Shown here: one piece after another, positions 44,696 through 55,300 of the stretch
Layout: each line of letters opens with the position of its first letter
Numbering within the stretch: position 1 is the first letter of the stretch
Assembly: GCA_050613775.1 (NCBI GenBank)
Contig: JBODTK010000125.1
Coordinates: forward strand, 310,001-374,000
Reading direction: 5' to 3'
Source: Neocallimastix sp. 'constans'
Lineage: Eukaryota
DNA: 64,000 bases
Made by a program: the position numbers and the translations under genes
The notes under the pieces: generated by a model
Told to the model about the DNA's origin: nothing
What the model saw: the letters and a program-made list of their open reading frames with translations, nothing else
The model's database searches: none

Positions 44696-47600
44696 ATGGC
44701 GGAACGTGGACGAGAAGAAAAACGGAAGGTCAGTAAGCCACCGATTTTTAACGGTGAAAGAAAAGAACTTAAAGGGTTCCTCACAATTGTAAATATGAAC
44801 TTTGAGGATACCCCAGATGACTTTCCAGACGATAGATCAAAGGTTAGATTTATAACCTCATTCTTAAGAGGTGATCCTTTAAATTGGGCCTCAAATCTAT
44901 GGGATAATGAAGATCCCTTGATCGATAATTTAAATAATTTTAAGAGGGAACTTAAAATTAATTATGGGGATCCAGAAGTGGAGACAATTGTGGCTAATGG
45001 TAAATTAGATACCATTCGTCAGAAAAAATATGGGCAAGTGTTAGAATATATTAACCAGTTCAAAACAACTTGCCAAAATTCGGACTTCAACGAATCAGCC
45101 AAAATTTATATGTTTCTTAAAGGATTACATTACAAAATGAGGGAACAATTAGCCGTTGTTAACCCAAATCCAGATTCCCTTAACAAGTTGTATACCGATG
45201 TAATTCAAATTGAAAATTTGTCAAAGCGAACTAATCTTGTTGAATTCTATTATAATCAGCAACGAGTTAGAAATTCGCAACAAAACAGTAACCACAACCA
45301 GAGAAATAGTAGTCGTCGTGATGATCCTATGGATGTTGATTTATTTAGGATCAAAAATGATAGATATAGAAGATACAACCAGAACTATAATCAAAATTTA
45401 TATGTTGAAAATAAAAGAGACTTTTCTGAAGAAAAGAAAAAAGGTCTTTGTTTTTTATGTAAACAACCAGGACACTTACAGTTTAATTGTCCTAACAGAA
45501 AAAGACCTTCTGGAGTTAAACACAAGAATAAAATTAGAGAAACAGATGAAAATCTTCCATCGGCAAAATTAAGAAGAATTAGAATGATCAAGGAATCCGA
45601 TGATGCTCAAAAAATTAGAGCTATTACTGATGAAGAAAATGCTATGAATAAAAGAAAGAACAATATAATTACTTTCTATATAAAAACAAATGATATTGAA
45701 GAAGTTCCAGTTAGGGTTCTTATCGACTCTGGCTCGGATTTGAATTTTATTCATCCTTCGTTCATTAATAAAAACAAAATTAAATTGAATGAAGTTAAAA
45801 GATCTTTCAATGTTACTGGACTAGGATATGGTATCTCTACCATCTACGAACAAACTGAAAAGTGTATCTTACGATTCAAGAACCATTTTGAAGTTATTCA
45901 ACTCTATGCACTTTATATTCCTGATGTAGATATCATTCTAGGTATTCCTTGGATTGAAAAGCATTGTCCAATGAATTATCATGATTCAAGAAAAATATCC
46001 TTTCCTTCTGGTTATTGCGCTAGGAACTGTAATAATGGTAAAAGAAAAAGAAAAAACAAAAATAGAAGCAAGAAAGGTTCAAAGAAGTGTAAGATCGATA
46101 TCGAACCTGAAGAAGAAAATTCCTATGAACCAAGTACTCCATATAAGTGTAAACCCCTCTGGGATTCCGAATCAGAAAGCGAAGCTGAATACGTCCGTGG
46201 AAGAAAAGTTAGAACCATTAATGATAGTGATAGTGATAGTGATAGTGATAGTGATAGTGATAGTGATAGTATTAATATTAGTGTTAAAGATAATGATTGT
46301 AGTAAAGAAAAAATTAACTTTTGTAATTTTAGAGAACTTAGTACAATAGATAAAATCAAAAAATCATGTAATTTTATTAAATCATGTAAAAATGAAATTT
46401 TAAATAAAGAAAGTAAATTGGTCGCCGAACCAACAAACTATTTTTTTTCTTATCAAAATTGTGTGTTAGACAATTTGTGTAACTGTCTGATTATTCAGAA
46501 TTTAGATAATAATAATATTGTTAACGATAGTGATAATAAAATTTCTATTCCTCCTTGTTATCTCGATTATATTGAAGTTTTTGATGAAAAGAATTGTGAT
46601 AAATTACCTCCCCATAGAGAATATGATTGTGAAATAAATTTAAAGGATAATTCAATTCTATTCTATGGTCCTATTTATCCTTTAACAGAAGCAGAAAGGG
46701 ATGAATTGAAAAAGTATATTAAAGAAAACTTAGCAAAAGGATTTATTAGAAAATCCAAATCACCAGCTGGTGCCCCTGTATTATTTGTTAAAAAGAAAGA
46801 TGGCACTTTGAGATTATGTATTGATTACAGAAAATTAAATGAAATGACTATTAGAAATTCATATCCTTTACCATTAATAAGTGAATTAATTGACAGAGTT
46901 AAAGGTGCTAAATATTTTACTAAGTTAGATCTTAAATCTGCATATAACTTAGTAAGAATAAAAGAAGGTGATGAGTATAAGACTGCTTTTAGAACTCGTT
47001 ATGGACATTATGAATATCTTGTTATGCCTTTTGGGTTAAAGAATGCACCTGCTACATTTCAACATTTTATAAATGATGTTCTTAGTGACTACTTAGATGA
47101 TTTTGTTATCTCATATATCGACGATATTCTTATTTATTCAAATAACTTAGAAGAACATCATGAACATGTTAGAAAAGTGTTGAAAAAACTTTTAGATAAT
47201 AATTTATATGTTAATCTAGAAAAATGTGAATTCGATGTAACGGAAACCTCCTTCCTGGGCTACATCATATCTAAAGATGGTCTTAAACCTGATCCTGAAA
47301 AAATTAAAGCTATTTTAGATTGGCCTGTACCTACTAATGTCAAAGAAGTTCAGTCATTTATTGGACTTTGTAATTATTATAGAGTTTTCATTAAAGACTT
47401 TGCCAAAATAGCTTTACCAATACATAAACTCACTCTTAAAAATGTACCTTTTATTTGGGGACCTGAGCAACAGAATGCTTTTGTTAAATTGAAAGAACTT
47501 TTCACATCTGCTCCAATTTTAATTAATCCTGATAGTAATAAACCGTTTATCGTTGAAACTGATGCTAGTAACTTTGCAGTTGGAGCTGTACTTTCTCAAG

Positions 47601-49552
47601 AAGTTGATGGCAATCTCCATCCAGTTGCCTTTATTTCTTCGAGTTTGACTAAGTCTCAAAGAAACTACCCCATTTATGATAAGGAACTTCTCGCTATTAA
47701 AGTTGCTTTAGAGCAATGGCGTCACTTTTTAGAGGGTGCTCGTCATCCCTTTACTATTTACACTGATCATAAAAATTTAACATTTCCTAGAAAACCGGAA
47801 ATGCTTTCGCAACGTCAAATTAGATGGTATGAATTTTTATCTCGTTTTGATTTTAATATTGTCTATAGATCTGGGAAAAAATCGGGTAAACCTGATTTAC
47901 TATCTAGGAGAAGTGATCATTTATTTAATTTTGAATTTAATTCTTCTTGTCGTGTTATTAACTGTTTTACTATTAATAATGATACCCTTGCTAATTCTAT
48001 TTTGAATGCTCTTGAGAATGATGAATTCTATAATTCTGTTAAATCATCCTTATCTATTAATAATGCTGTTAACCCTAAAATTCAAAATATTAATAAATTT
48101 ATGATTGATAAAGAAGGATTTTTACTCTTTAATAATCTGATTTATGTTCCTAAATCGATTCGAACGAGAGTTCTTGAACTCCATCATGACTCTCCTACTG
48201 CTGGTCATTTTGGTGTTTCTAAGACTCAAGAATTACTTAGCCGCAATTTTTGGTGGCCTAATTTTTCTCTTGATGTTAAAAAATTTATTAAGTCTTGTGA
48301 AGTTTGCTGTAAATCAAAAATTCCTAGACACAAGCCATATGGACTTCTTTCACCCTTGTCCACTCCTAATAGAGCTTGGTCTGATATTTCTATGGATTTT
48401 ATCGTTGAATTACCTAAGTCTAAAGATATGACTACAATTATGGTTGTTGTTGATCGTTTGACTAAAATGGCTCATTTTATTCCTTTTCGTTGTCTTCCTA
48501 CTGCTTCAATTGCTGCTGATGCTTTTATCTCGAATATTTTTAAATTACATGGTTTCCCTGATTCTATTATTTCTGATAGAGGATCGCAATTTACATCTGA
48601 ATTTTGGAATCGCTTATGTAAACTTCTTGATATTACTCATTCTCTTTCTACCTCCAACCATCCGGAGACTGATGGTCAAACGGAGAGGGTGAACGGAATA
48701 TTGGAACAATATCTTCGTTGTTTCATAAATGAAAGGCAAAATAATTGGGTCGATTTACTACCTTTCGCTGAATTCGCTTACAATAATACTTTACATCAAT
48801 CTATAAATCAATCACCATTCTTCGCAAACTATGGTTTTAATCCTAAATTTAGTCCTGAGATTCCATCCTCAGAAAGACCAAGTAGAGCTGAAAAAAGAAT
48901 ATTAGATATTAATAAAAATATTGAATTTTTAAAAAGAAACTTAGAAGAAGCTAAGAAAACTTATAAAAAATACGCCGATTTGAAAAGACTTCCTTCCCCT
49001 AATTTCGAAGTCGGTAAAAAAGTTTGGTTACTTAAAGGATCTACTACTAAGAATGTTAAAAGAAAACTAGCCGATCAATTGATAGGTCCTTTTGAAATAA
49101 TTGAAAAAGTTAGTCCATTAGCGTACAAACTTAAACTACCTAATAATATGCATTGTCATCCAATTTTTCATGTTTCTTTACTTGAACCTTATTATGAGAA
49201 TGAATTTGAAGATAGAAATGTTAATAAACGAAAGAGTATAAATTTAACTACAAATAATTCCGATATGATTCCAGATAAAATAATTAATATGAGAACTTAT
49301 AAAGGAAAGAATCGTTTTCTTATCTCTTGGAAAGGATCAAATGAAGACTCTTGGATAGATGAAGATCAAATTTTAGATAAACAATTAATTCAGGAATACT
49401 TTAGAAAAAATAAGAAAAATAAAACAAGAACAAAGGATCAAGAATCTATTAAGAATGATGATCATGCCAATGATTTCATTGTAAGACATAAATATCAACC
49501 CTTTGTTATAGAACTTCCCTCAAGAAATGATTCTCGCAGGAGCTCGACTTAA
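44696..49552 (+). CDS. Gag-Pol polyprotein of B (Gag, CCHC knuckle, protease, RT, RNase H, integrase, chromodomain)
   Basis: CFLCKQPGHLQFNC, LIDSGS, YIDDILI, ETDASNFAVGAVL, HH..GHFG..C..C, SDRGSQF, GQTER, GPF. C-terminal chromodomain-like FLISWKG..EDSW. Uninterrupted; first ATG at 44696. Confidence 0.95.
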   Translation: MAERGREEKRKVSKPPIFNGERKELKGFLTIVNMNFEDTPDDFPDDRSKVRFITSFLRGDPLNWASNLWDNEDPLIDNLNNFKRELKINYGDPEVETIVANGKLDTIRQKKYGQVLEYINQFKTTCQNSDFNESAKIYMFLKGLHYKMREQLAVVNPNPDSLNKLYTDVIQIENLSKRTNLVEFYYNQQRVRNSQQNSNHNQRNSSRRDDPMDVDLFRIKNDRYRRYNQNYNQNLYVENKRDFSEEKKKGLCFLCKQPGHLQFNCPNRKRPSGVKHKNKIRETDENLPSAKLRRIRMIKESDDAQKIRAITDEENAMNKRKNNIITFYIKTNDIEEVPVRVLIDSGSDLNFIHPSFINKNKIKLNEVKRSFNVTGLGYGISTIYEQTEKCILRFKNHFEVIQLYALYIPDVDIILGIPWIEKHCPMNYHDSRKISFPSGYCARNCNNGKRKRKNKNRSKKGSKKCKIDIEPEEENSYEPSTPYKCKPLWDSESESEAEYVRGRKVRTINDSDSDSDSDSDSDSDSINISVKDNDCSKEKINFCNFRELSTIDKIKKSCNFIKSCKNEILNKESKLVAEPTNYFFSYQNCVLDNLCNCLIIQNLDNNNIVNDSDNKISIPPCYLDYIEVFDEKNCDKLPPHREYDCEINLKDNSILFYGPIYPLTEAERDELKKYIKENLAKGFIRKSKSPAGAPVLFVKKKDGTLRLCIDYRKLNEMTIRNSYPLPLISELIDRVKGAKYFTKLDLKSAYNLVRIKEGDEYKTAFRTRYGHYEYLVMPFGLKNAPATFQHFINDVLSDYLDDFVISYIDDILIYSNNLEEHHEHVRKVLKKLLDNNLYVNLEKCEFDVTETSFLGYIISKDGLKPDPEKIKAILDWPVPTNVKEVQSFIGLCNYYRVFIKDFAKIALPIHKLTLKNVPFIWGPEQQNAFVKLKELFTSAPILINPDSNKPFIVETDASNFAVGAVLSQEVDGNLHPVAFISSSLTKSQRNYPIYDKELLAIKVALEQWRHFLEGARHPFTIYTDHKNLTFPRKPEMLSQRQIRWYEFLSRFDFNIVYRSGKKSGKPDLLSRRSDHLFNFEFNSSCRVINCFTINNDTLANSILNALENDEFYNSVKSSLSINNAVNPKIQNINKFMIDKEGFLLFNNLIYVPKSIRTRVLELHHDSPTAGHFGVSKTQELLSRNFWWPNFSLDVKKFIKSCEVCCKSKIPRHKPYGLLSPLSTPNRAWSDISMDFIVELPKSKDMTTIMVVVDRLTKMAHFIPFRCLPTASIAADAFISNIFKLHGFPDSIISDRGSQFTSEFWNRLCKLLDITHSLSTSNHPETDGQTERVNGILEQYLRCFINERQNNWVDLLPFAEFAYNNTLHQSINQSPFFANYGFNPKFSPEIPSSERPSRAEKRILDINKNIEFLKRNLEEAKKTYKKYADLKRLPSPNFEVGKKVWLLKGSTTKNVKRKLADQLIGPFEIIEKVSPLAYKLKLPNNMHCHPIFHVSLLEPYYENEFEDRNVNKRKSINLTTNNSDMIPDKIINMRTYKGKNRFLISWKGSNEDSWIDEDQILDKQLIQEYFRKNKKNKTRTKDQESIKNDDHANDFIVRHKYQPFVIELPSRNDSRRSST

Positions 49553-49562
49553 AGGGCGAGAT

Positions 49563-50333
49563 TGTAAAGATATGATCAATATCTTTAGTACATTAATTAA
49601 TTTATTTTGTACATTAAATTATTTAATGTAATTCACGTTTACAAAATAATGCTAATGCATTAAATTATGTAAAATATATTAATTTATGAAATTAATTGAT
49701 TTATGAAAATTAATAATAAATTTATATTTCATATAATATATAAATTTAAAAATATAAAATTAATTTTTAAATAACCTAAAATTTAGTAATAAAATATATT
49801 AATAATTTTAGTTTAGTTTAATTTTAGTTTAGTTTAATTTTAGTTTAGTTTAATTTTAGTTTAGTTTAATTTTAGTTTAGTTTAATAATCATAAAAATTA
49901 AATAGTAATATATAATTAATAGTATTAATAATAAAAGAATAATAAATAAATAATAAATAAGAACTTATTCAATTTGAGTCAAAACAAATTGAATAAAAAG
50001 CTTATTGAATTAGTTTTAGTTTTTTATAACTTTATTTAATTTTAGATTAGTTTTTGTTTATTTTATATTGAATATATATTTAAATAAATAGAAATAGTAT
50101 ATTATAATATAATTAAGAAAAAATATAAATACATGTAAAATTATTCTATTAAAGAAAATGTAGTTGTTATTAACTATTTTGCAGTTAATAACTAATAAAA
50201 AGAATTTTTATAATAAAGTGATTAATAAAAGAATTTTTTTTAAAAAATAAATTTCATTTGAGTATTGTTATTGATAGTGTTGTTTTTGTTTTTTTTTCGT
50301 AATTGTAATCTGCTCCATAAGGAACATTTTACA
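49563..50333 (+). repeat. 3' LTR of element B
   Basis: Copy of 43319-44089. Confidence 0.95.
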
Positions 50334-51046
50334 ATTGGAAAGTAGACGAAGGTATTTGGTTACCGACCCGGTAATAATAGTTCAGCCTTCAACGTTTCAA
50401 CACACGAAGGTGCGGGTACTTTCCAAGCACTGGCGAATAAGGAGCTTACGTCACCGAAGGCGTAAGATTGTTTTTTTTTTATATTTTTTTTATTTTTCTT
50501 TGTGCTAGTTATAAGGCACTTTATTATATAAAGTATCAGACTTTGGCTAACTTCGCCATTTAAATTTTTTTTTTATTTTTTTTTATTACTGGTACTTTAT
50601 TTGTTATACAATTCCTGTAATAGAATCTTAATTTACTTTGAAAATATTGTGTTTTTAGTTAATTTTTATTAGTTAATAAAAATATTATTGAATACTTTTA
50701 AAATTTTTTTTATTTCGTACATAGATTATCGGATTAAGTTTATCCTACATAGTAATTGGGCTAGTAGGCTCTGAACTGCTATATTTTATATTGAATATAG
50801 TAATCGTGGCACACGCGTGACATGACACCATTAGGTAAGCTGCACGTCAGACAGTGTGTACTATCAGATTGTACGACAATAAAGATTATTTTTTTTGTGT
50901 TTAATAATTATAATTAATTAATAATTTTATTAGCTATAACAATACAATATTTATCGTTTAAAAAGAAAAATTTTTGAAAGGTGAAAATAATAAATAAAAC
51001 TTTGCTTCTAAATTTATTACTACAAATATACTAAATTACAAAATTC

Positions 51047-51277
51047 AAGTGGTCGATAAAGATTTCGAGCTTGAAAAATATTCTATTAAGTTGTCGATAA
51101 AGATTTCGAACTTAAAATTATTCTATTAAGTTGTCGATAAAGATTTCGAACTTAAAATTATTCTATTGAGTTGTCGATAAAGATTTCGAACTTAAAAATT
51201 ATTCTTAATAAAGTAGTCGAAAAGAACCTCGTGCTTTATAATTTCTACTAAGTTGTCAATAAGGATTTCGAGCTTAT
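51047..51277 (+). repeat. About 40-bp hairpin-containing tandem repeat, 6 copies, in the leader of A
   Basis: Unit AAGTTGTCGATAAAGATTTCGAACTTAAAATTATTCTATT. Confidence 0.85.
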
Positions 51278-51450
51278 ATCTACTAAAGAAAGCAAATAAA
51301 ATTATTATTTTCAAAAGTTACTAAAATATATTGTTTTAAAAATTGATTCGATATTAAATTACCTATTAAATTATATTTTTAAAGTTGTATTTCCAAATTT
51401 ATTCTTATTTAATCACCTCATTAATATACAACAAGAAATATTTAAACAAA

Positions 51451-52362
51451 ATGTCCAAGGAAATAACTTTGAGCTTTAAAGAATTGAAAAAAGAATTGAG
51501 AGATATTGTGAAACTTAGCAAGGACAATTTAGATATTAAGTCCTGGGCTACTGAATTAAAACTTTGGATCAAGATACAAGGTATTACAGATCCAGAAACA
51601 ATATTTAATGCTTGTTTACTTACCAGCTCTGGTGAAGTACAACGCGTTATTGAAGATTTGGGAGAAGATAGTGATGATGAAAGTGATGATTCATCAGATG
51701 AAGAAGAAGAAGATGATGAAGAAGAAAATGTTGATGATGATATTAAATTTCCTTCTCTTGGAAAAATTATTTCAAGTCTTGAAAATTTTTACGGTATTAA
51801 AGAAGACCAAAATTTACTTCTTAAAGAACTTCGTGCAATGCGAATTAAAAGAAACGAAAAGATTAAAGACTTTAATGTAAGATATAGAACTTTGTACACT
51901 AAACTTGATAAAAAGAGAAGAAAGCGCATTGGTGTACTAGATTATATTGATTCTATTCAAAATAATTATGAAGCCTGGAAGAAATTATCCCTTAAAGATG
52001 ATATAAGTATGGAGAAAGCTTTCAAAATTGCCGAGAAAGTAGATAGACTTTCTGTAAGGAACAATAATATTAATACCTATAATGTTAATAATTCCCAACA
52101 TAATCAAAATAATCAAAACAGTACTACTTCAAGACTTTATCCTAAAAGAAGAAACGAAACTTTCCAAACAAGTCAAACAAATAATAAACTGAAACCTCAA
52201 GATATTATAGAAGAATCAACCCAGAAAATGAGAAATTTATCTGTTAAAACTTGCTTCTTCTGTAAGGAAGAAGGTCATTACTCATACTATTGCCCTCAAT
52301 TAAATAAGATTATGGAAAAAAATAAAAAAGAAATATATTCCAAAAAGTCTTTAAACTTCTAA
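51451..52362 (+). CDS. Gag of element A
   Basis: ATG at 51451, zinc knuckle CFFCKEEGHYSYYC, lies upstream of pol between the LTRs. Confidence 0.88.
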   Translation: MSKEITLSFKELKKELRDIVKLSKDNLDIKSWATELKLWIKIQGITDPETIFNACLLTSSGEVQRVIEDLGEDSDDESDDSSDEEEEDDEEENVDDDIKFPSLGKIISSLENFYGIKEDQNLLLKELRAMRIKRNEKIKDFNVRYRTLYTKLDKKRRKRIGVLDYIDSIQNNYEAWKKLSLKDDISMEKAFKIAEKVDRLSVRNNNINTYNVNNSQHNQNNQNSTTSRLYPKRRNETFQTSQTNNKLKPQDIIEESTQKMRNLSVKTCFFCKEEGHYSYYCPQLNKIMEKNKKEIYSKKSLNF

Positions 52363-52383
52363 ATGGGAGCAGAAGCACTCCCA
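52350..52383 (+). promoter_or_regulatory. -1 programmed ribosomal frameshift signal
   Basis: T TTA AAC in gag phase at 52350-52356, 7-nt spacer, then stem TGGGAG...CTCCCA at 52364-52383. The -1 frame is open into pol. Confidence 0.85.
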
Positions 52384-55300
52384 ATGACAAAACAATAGCT
52401 TCATTAAATAATTTACAAAATAATACTTTTACTAAGAATGCTCCAATTGATAATAATTCCTTTAATGAAGAATCTGAAGAATCTGATTTTAGTGACACAA
52501 CTGAAAGTGAGGATGATATCATTATAAATGCTATAAAAAGAAAAATGAATGATAATAACAGCGAAAAAGAAGAAAATAATTCCAAGAAAGTACATAAAAG
52601 TTTAAAAGATAATCCACGTCCTTTCGCAACTCCTGCTTTAAGAAAGAAGAAAGAAAATGAGCTACATAATAAATCAAATAAAGTTTATAAAAATCAAATA
52701 CTTCCTTCAATTTTAACTCAACCAAATATTAACAAAGAAAAACAAAAAGAAAAGGAATTAAGAAATATAACAAGAGTAAGAGAAAGTAAAGAAGAAAACA
52801 ACAATTATTCATCAAAAGGAAAGGAAAAAGTTGAATCTGAAGATATACTTGTAATCGATAATGAAATAGAAGATCTAGAAATGAATAAAGATAATCAACA
52901 AAATAAAACTAATACTTTGGAAAAATTAATTTCAACAAAAACTAAAGAAACTAATAATGAAAATACTCAGTTAGTAAAAAGGAATATCAAAATGATGAAT
53001 AATAAAGAACCTTACAATATTATGGATGATTTAAATAATCTTAAATCCAGTATTACGATAGGTCAACTCTTGAATGCATGTCCGAAAATTCGTTCACAAT
53101 TAACTCAAGGTTTAAAGTTAGAAAAATCTAAAATAATTGGAACTGTAGACAATGTAATAGCACGAACTTTATTAGTAAATAACTATGATCATAGCTACAT
53201 AAGTAAAAGTAATGAAGTAGCCGAAGAAGACTTAGCAATGGTTGATGCAAGTGTTAATGGAGTACTAGGAAAACTTTTAATTGATTCTTGTAGTAACCTA
53301 AGCATCGTTACTAAGCAGTATTTTGATAAATTACCTGGTGAATATGAAACAGTTGGAAAAAGTCGTGGAAGAATCCAACTAGCAACACAAGATGAAGAAT
53401 ACTCGGAAGGAATTATTGTTCGATTACCAGTAAAAATTAATAATTATGAATTTAATGCGGACTTTAGAATTATTGAGAAAGAAGACTCTTTTTATGATAT
53501 GTTAATAAACTTTAAAACTCAAATCGATCATTGTTTATTTATTTATCCAACCTTAAACAGTCTATGTAAACTTTTGTCAGAAAGTGAATACGAAGAAATA
53601 GCTAAAATAAATAATCAATATTATGATGAAGAAAGTATAATCTGCACTATTAGAAAAGTTGAAGAAACGAATAATGAAAAGGAAATTATAAAGGAATTAA
53701 CTCCAATGGAATTTATTGACAGTGATGAATTTTTAAGTACCTTGAATAAAGATTATAAAGAACAAATTATTAAAATTCTCAAAGAAATGATTGACATAGT
53801 TGCCACTTCAACAGAAGAACTAACTCCTTCTAAACTTTCACCACATAAGATCCGTTTGAAAGCAAATGCAAAGCCAGTAAAATTAAGAAGTTATAGGTTA
53901 ACTAAATTAAAATCAGATATCTTAAAAGAAGAACTTACAAAGCTTATTAAGAAAGGATTGATAGAACCATCCTGTTCAGAATGGTCATCTCCAGTAGTAC
54001 TTATTCTAAAACACAATGGAAAGTGGCGCTTGTGCATTGACTACCGAAAAGTCAATGATATGACAGAAAAAGATTCTTATTCAGTTCCATATATAGATGA
54101 AATTTTTGATAGTCTCGGAGGAGCTAAAATATTTACAACTCTTGATTTATTTTCTGGTTTTCACCAAATCTTAATGGATGAAGAAAGCGTTGAAGTAACC
54201 ACTTTCACTACTAAGTTTGGAAATTATCAATTTAAGGTTATGCCTTTTGGACTTACTGGAGCTCCCTCAACCTTCCAAAGAGAAATGAATAAAATTTTAT
54301 TCCCTTTTATTGGTGAATTTGTTTATGTATTTATTGATGATGTTTTGATCTATTCAAAAAGTATCGAAGAACATTTAATTCATATTAAACAAGTATTAGA
54401 AGTATTTAAAGAAAACAAGTTAAAAATTAATATTGAAAAGTGCCATTTTCTTCAAACTAAAGTTGATGTATTAGGTCACAAACTTACTACTAAAGGATTA
54501 AGTCCCATGGAAAGTAAAATAACAGCTATTAAGAAGTGGGAAGCCCCTTCATCAATCCATGAATTAAGATCATTTCTAGGAGCAATAGGATATTATCGTG
54601 ACTTTATTCCTAAATATGCTCAAATTACCTCACCTTTATGTAAATTATTAAAAAAGAATACTAAATATGAATGGAATAAAGAAAAACAAGAAAGCTTTGA
54701 ACTCCTAAAAGAAAAATTAATCAATGCACCTATTCTAAAATTTCCGTCATTTGACAAACCTTTTATCATTAGAACTGATGCTTCGTATAATGGAATTGGT
54801 GGAGTTCTTTTACAAAAAGAAGAAGAAACCGGTAAGGAGCATCCAATACACTTTATAAGTAGAAGTTTAAAGAAAGCTGAAAAGAATTATGGTATTACCG
54901 ATTTAGAAGGAACTGCTTTGTTTTACTGTATGACTAAATTTAAATCTTATATTGAAGGAAATCCATTACCTACAACTATTTACACAGATCATAAACCATT
55001 AGTTGGTTTATTTAAGAATAAAGAACCTTTGAATTCAAGGCAAACAAGATGGTGTCTAACCGCTAGTATGCTCGGAATTAATATAAAATATGAATCAGGC
55101 AAAAAGAATGTGTTAGCTGATGCTCTTTCAAGAATGAAAAGTAAGGAAGAGAGAAAGATATTATTAACAAAAATTACTAATGGAAATAATGAAGAATTAT
55201 TATCTAAAGTTATAAAGGAATTTATTAATGAAAAGTTTACTGTTATTGATGGTGAAGATTATTTTATCGACAATGGAAATTATAGAAAATTAATAACGGA

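Larger units (their letters stand above)
43319..50333 (+). mobile_element. Ty3/Gypsy chromovirus B (Tf1/sushi-like), full length
   Basis: 771-bp LTRs at 43319-44089 and 49563-50333, with one C/T difference noticed near the 5' end. 5-bp TSD ATTGG at 43314-43318 and 50334-50338. PPT AAAGGGCGAG just before the 3' LTR. Single gag-pol ORF. Confidence 0.96.

Noticed and set aside
50420..50560. HDV-like ribozyme suggested by GGCGAAT and GGCTAA
   Set aside because: There is no room for P1/P3/P1.1 between the candidate P2 and P4 strands; kept only as a generic structured leader.
51047..51277. CRISPR-like array
   Set aside because: Units are contiguous near-identical tandem repeats without unique spacers, there are no cas genes, and the array lies inside a retrotransposon leader.
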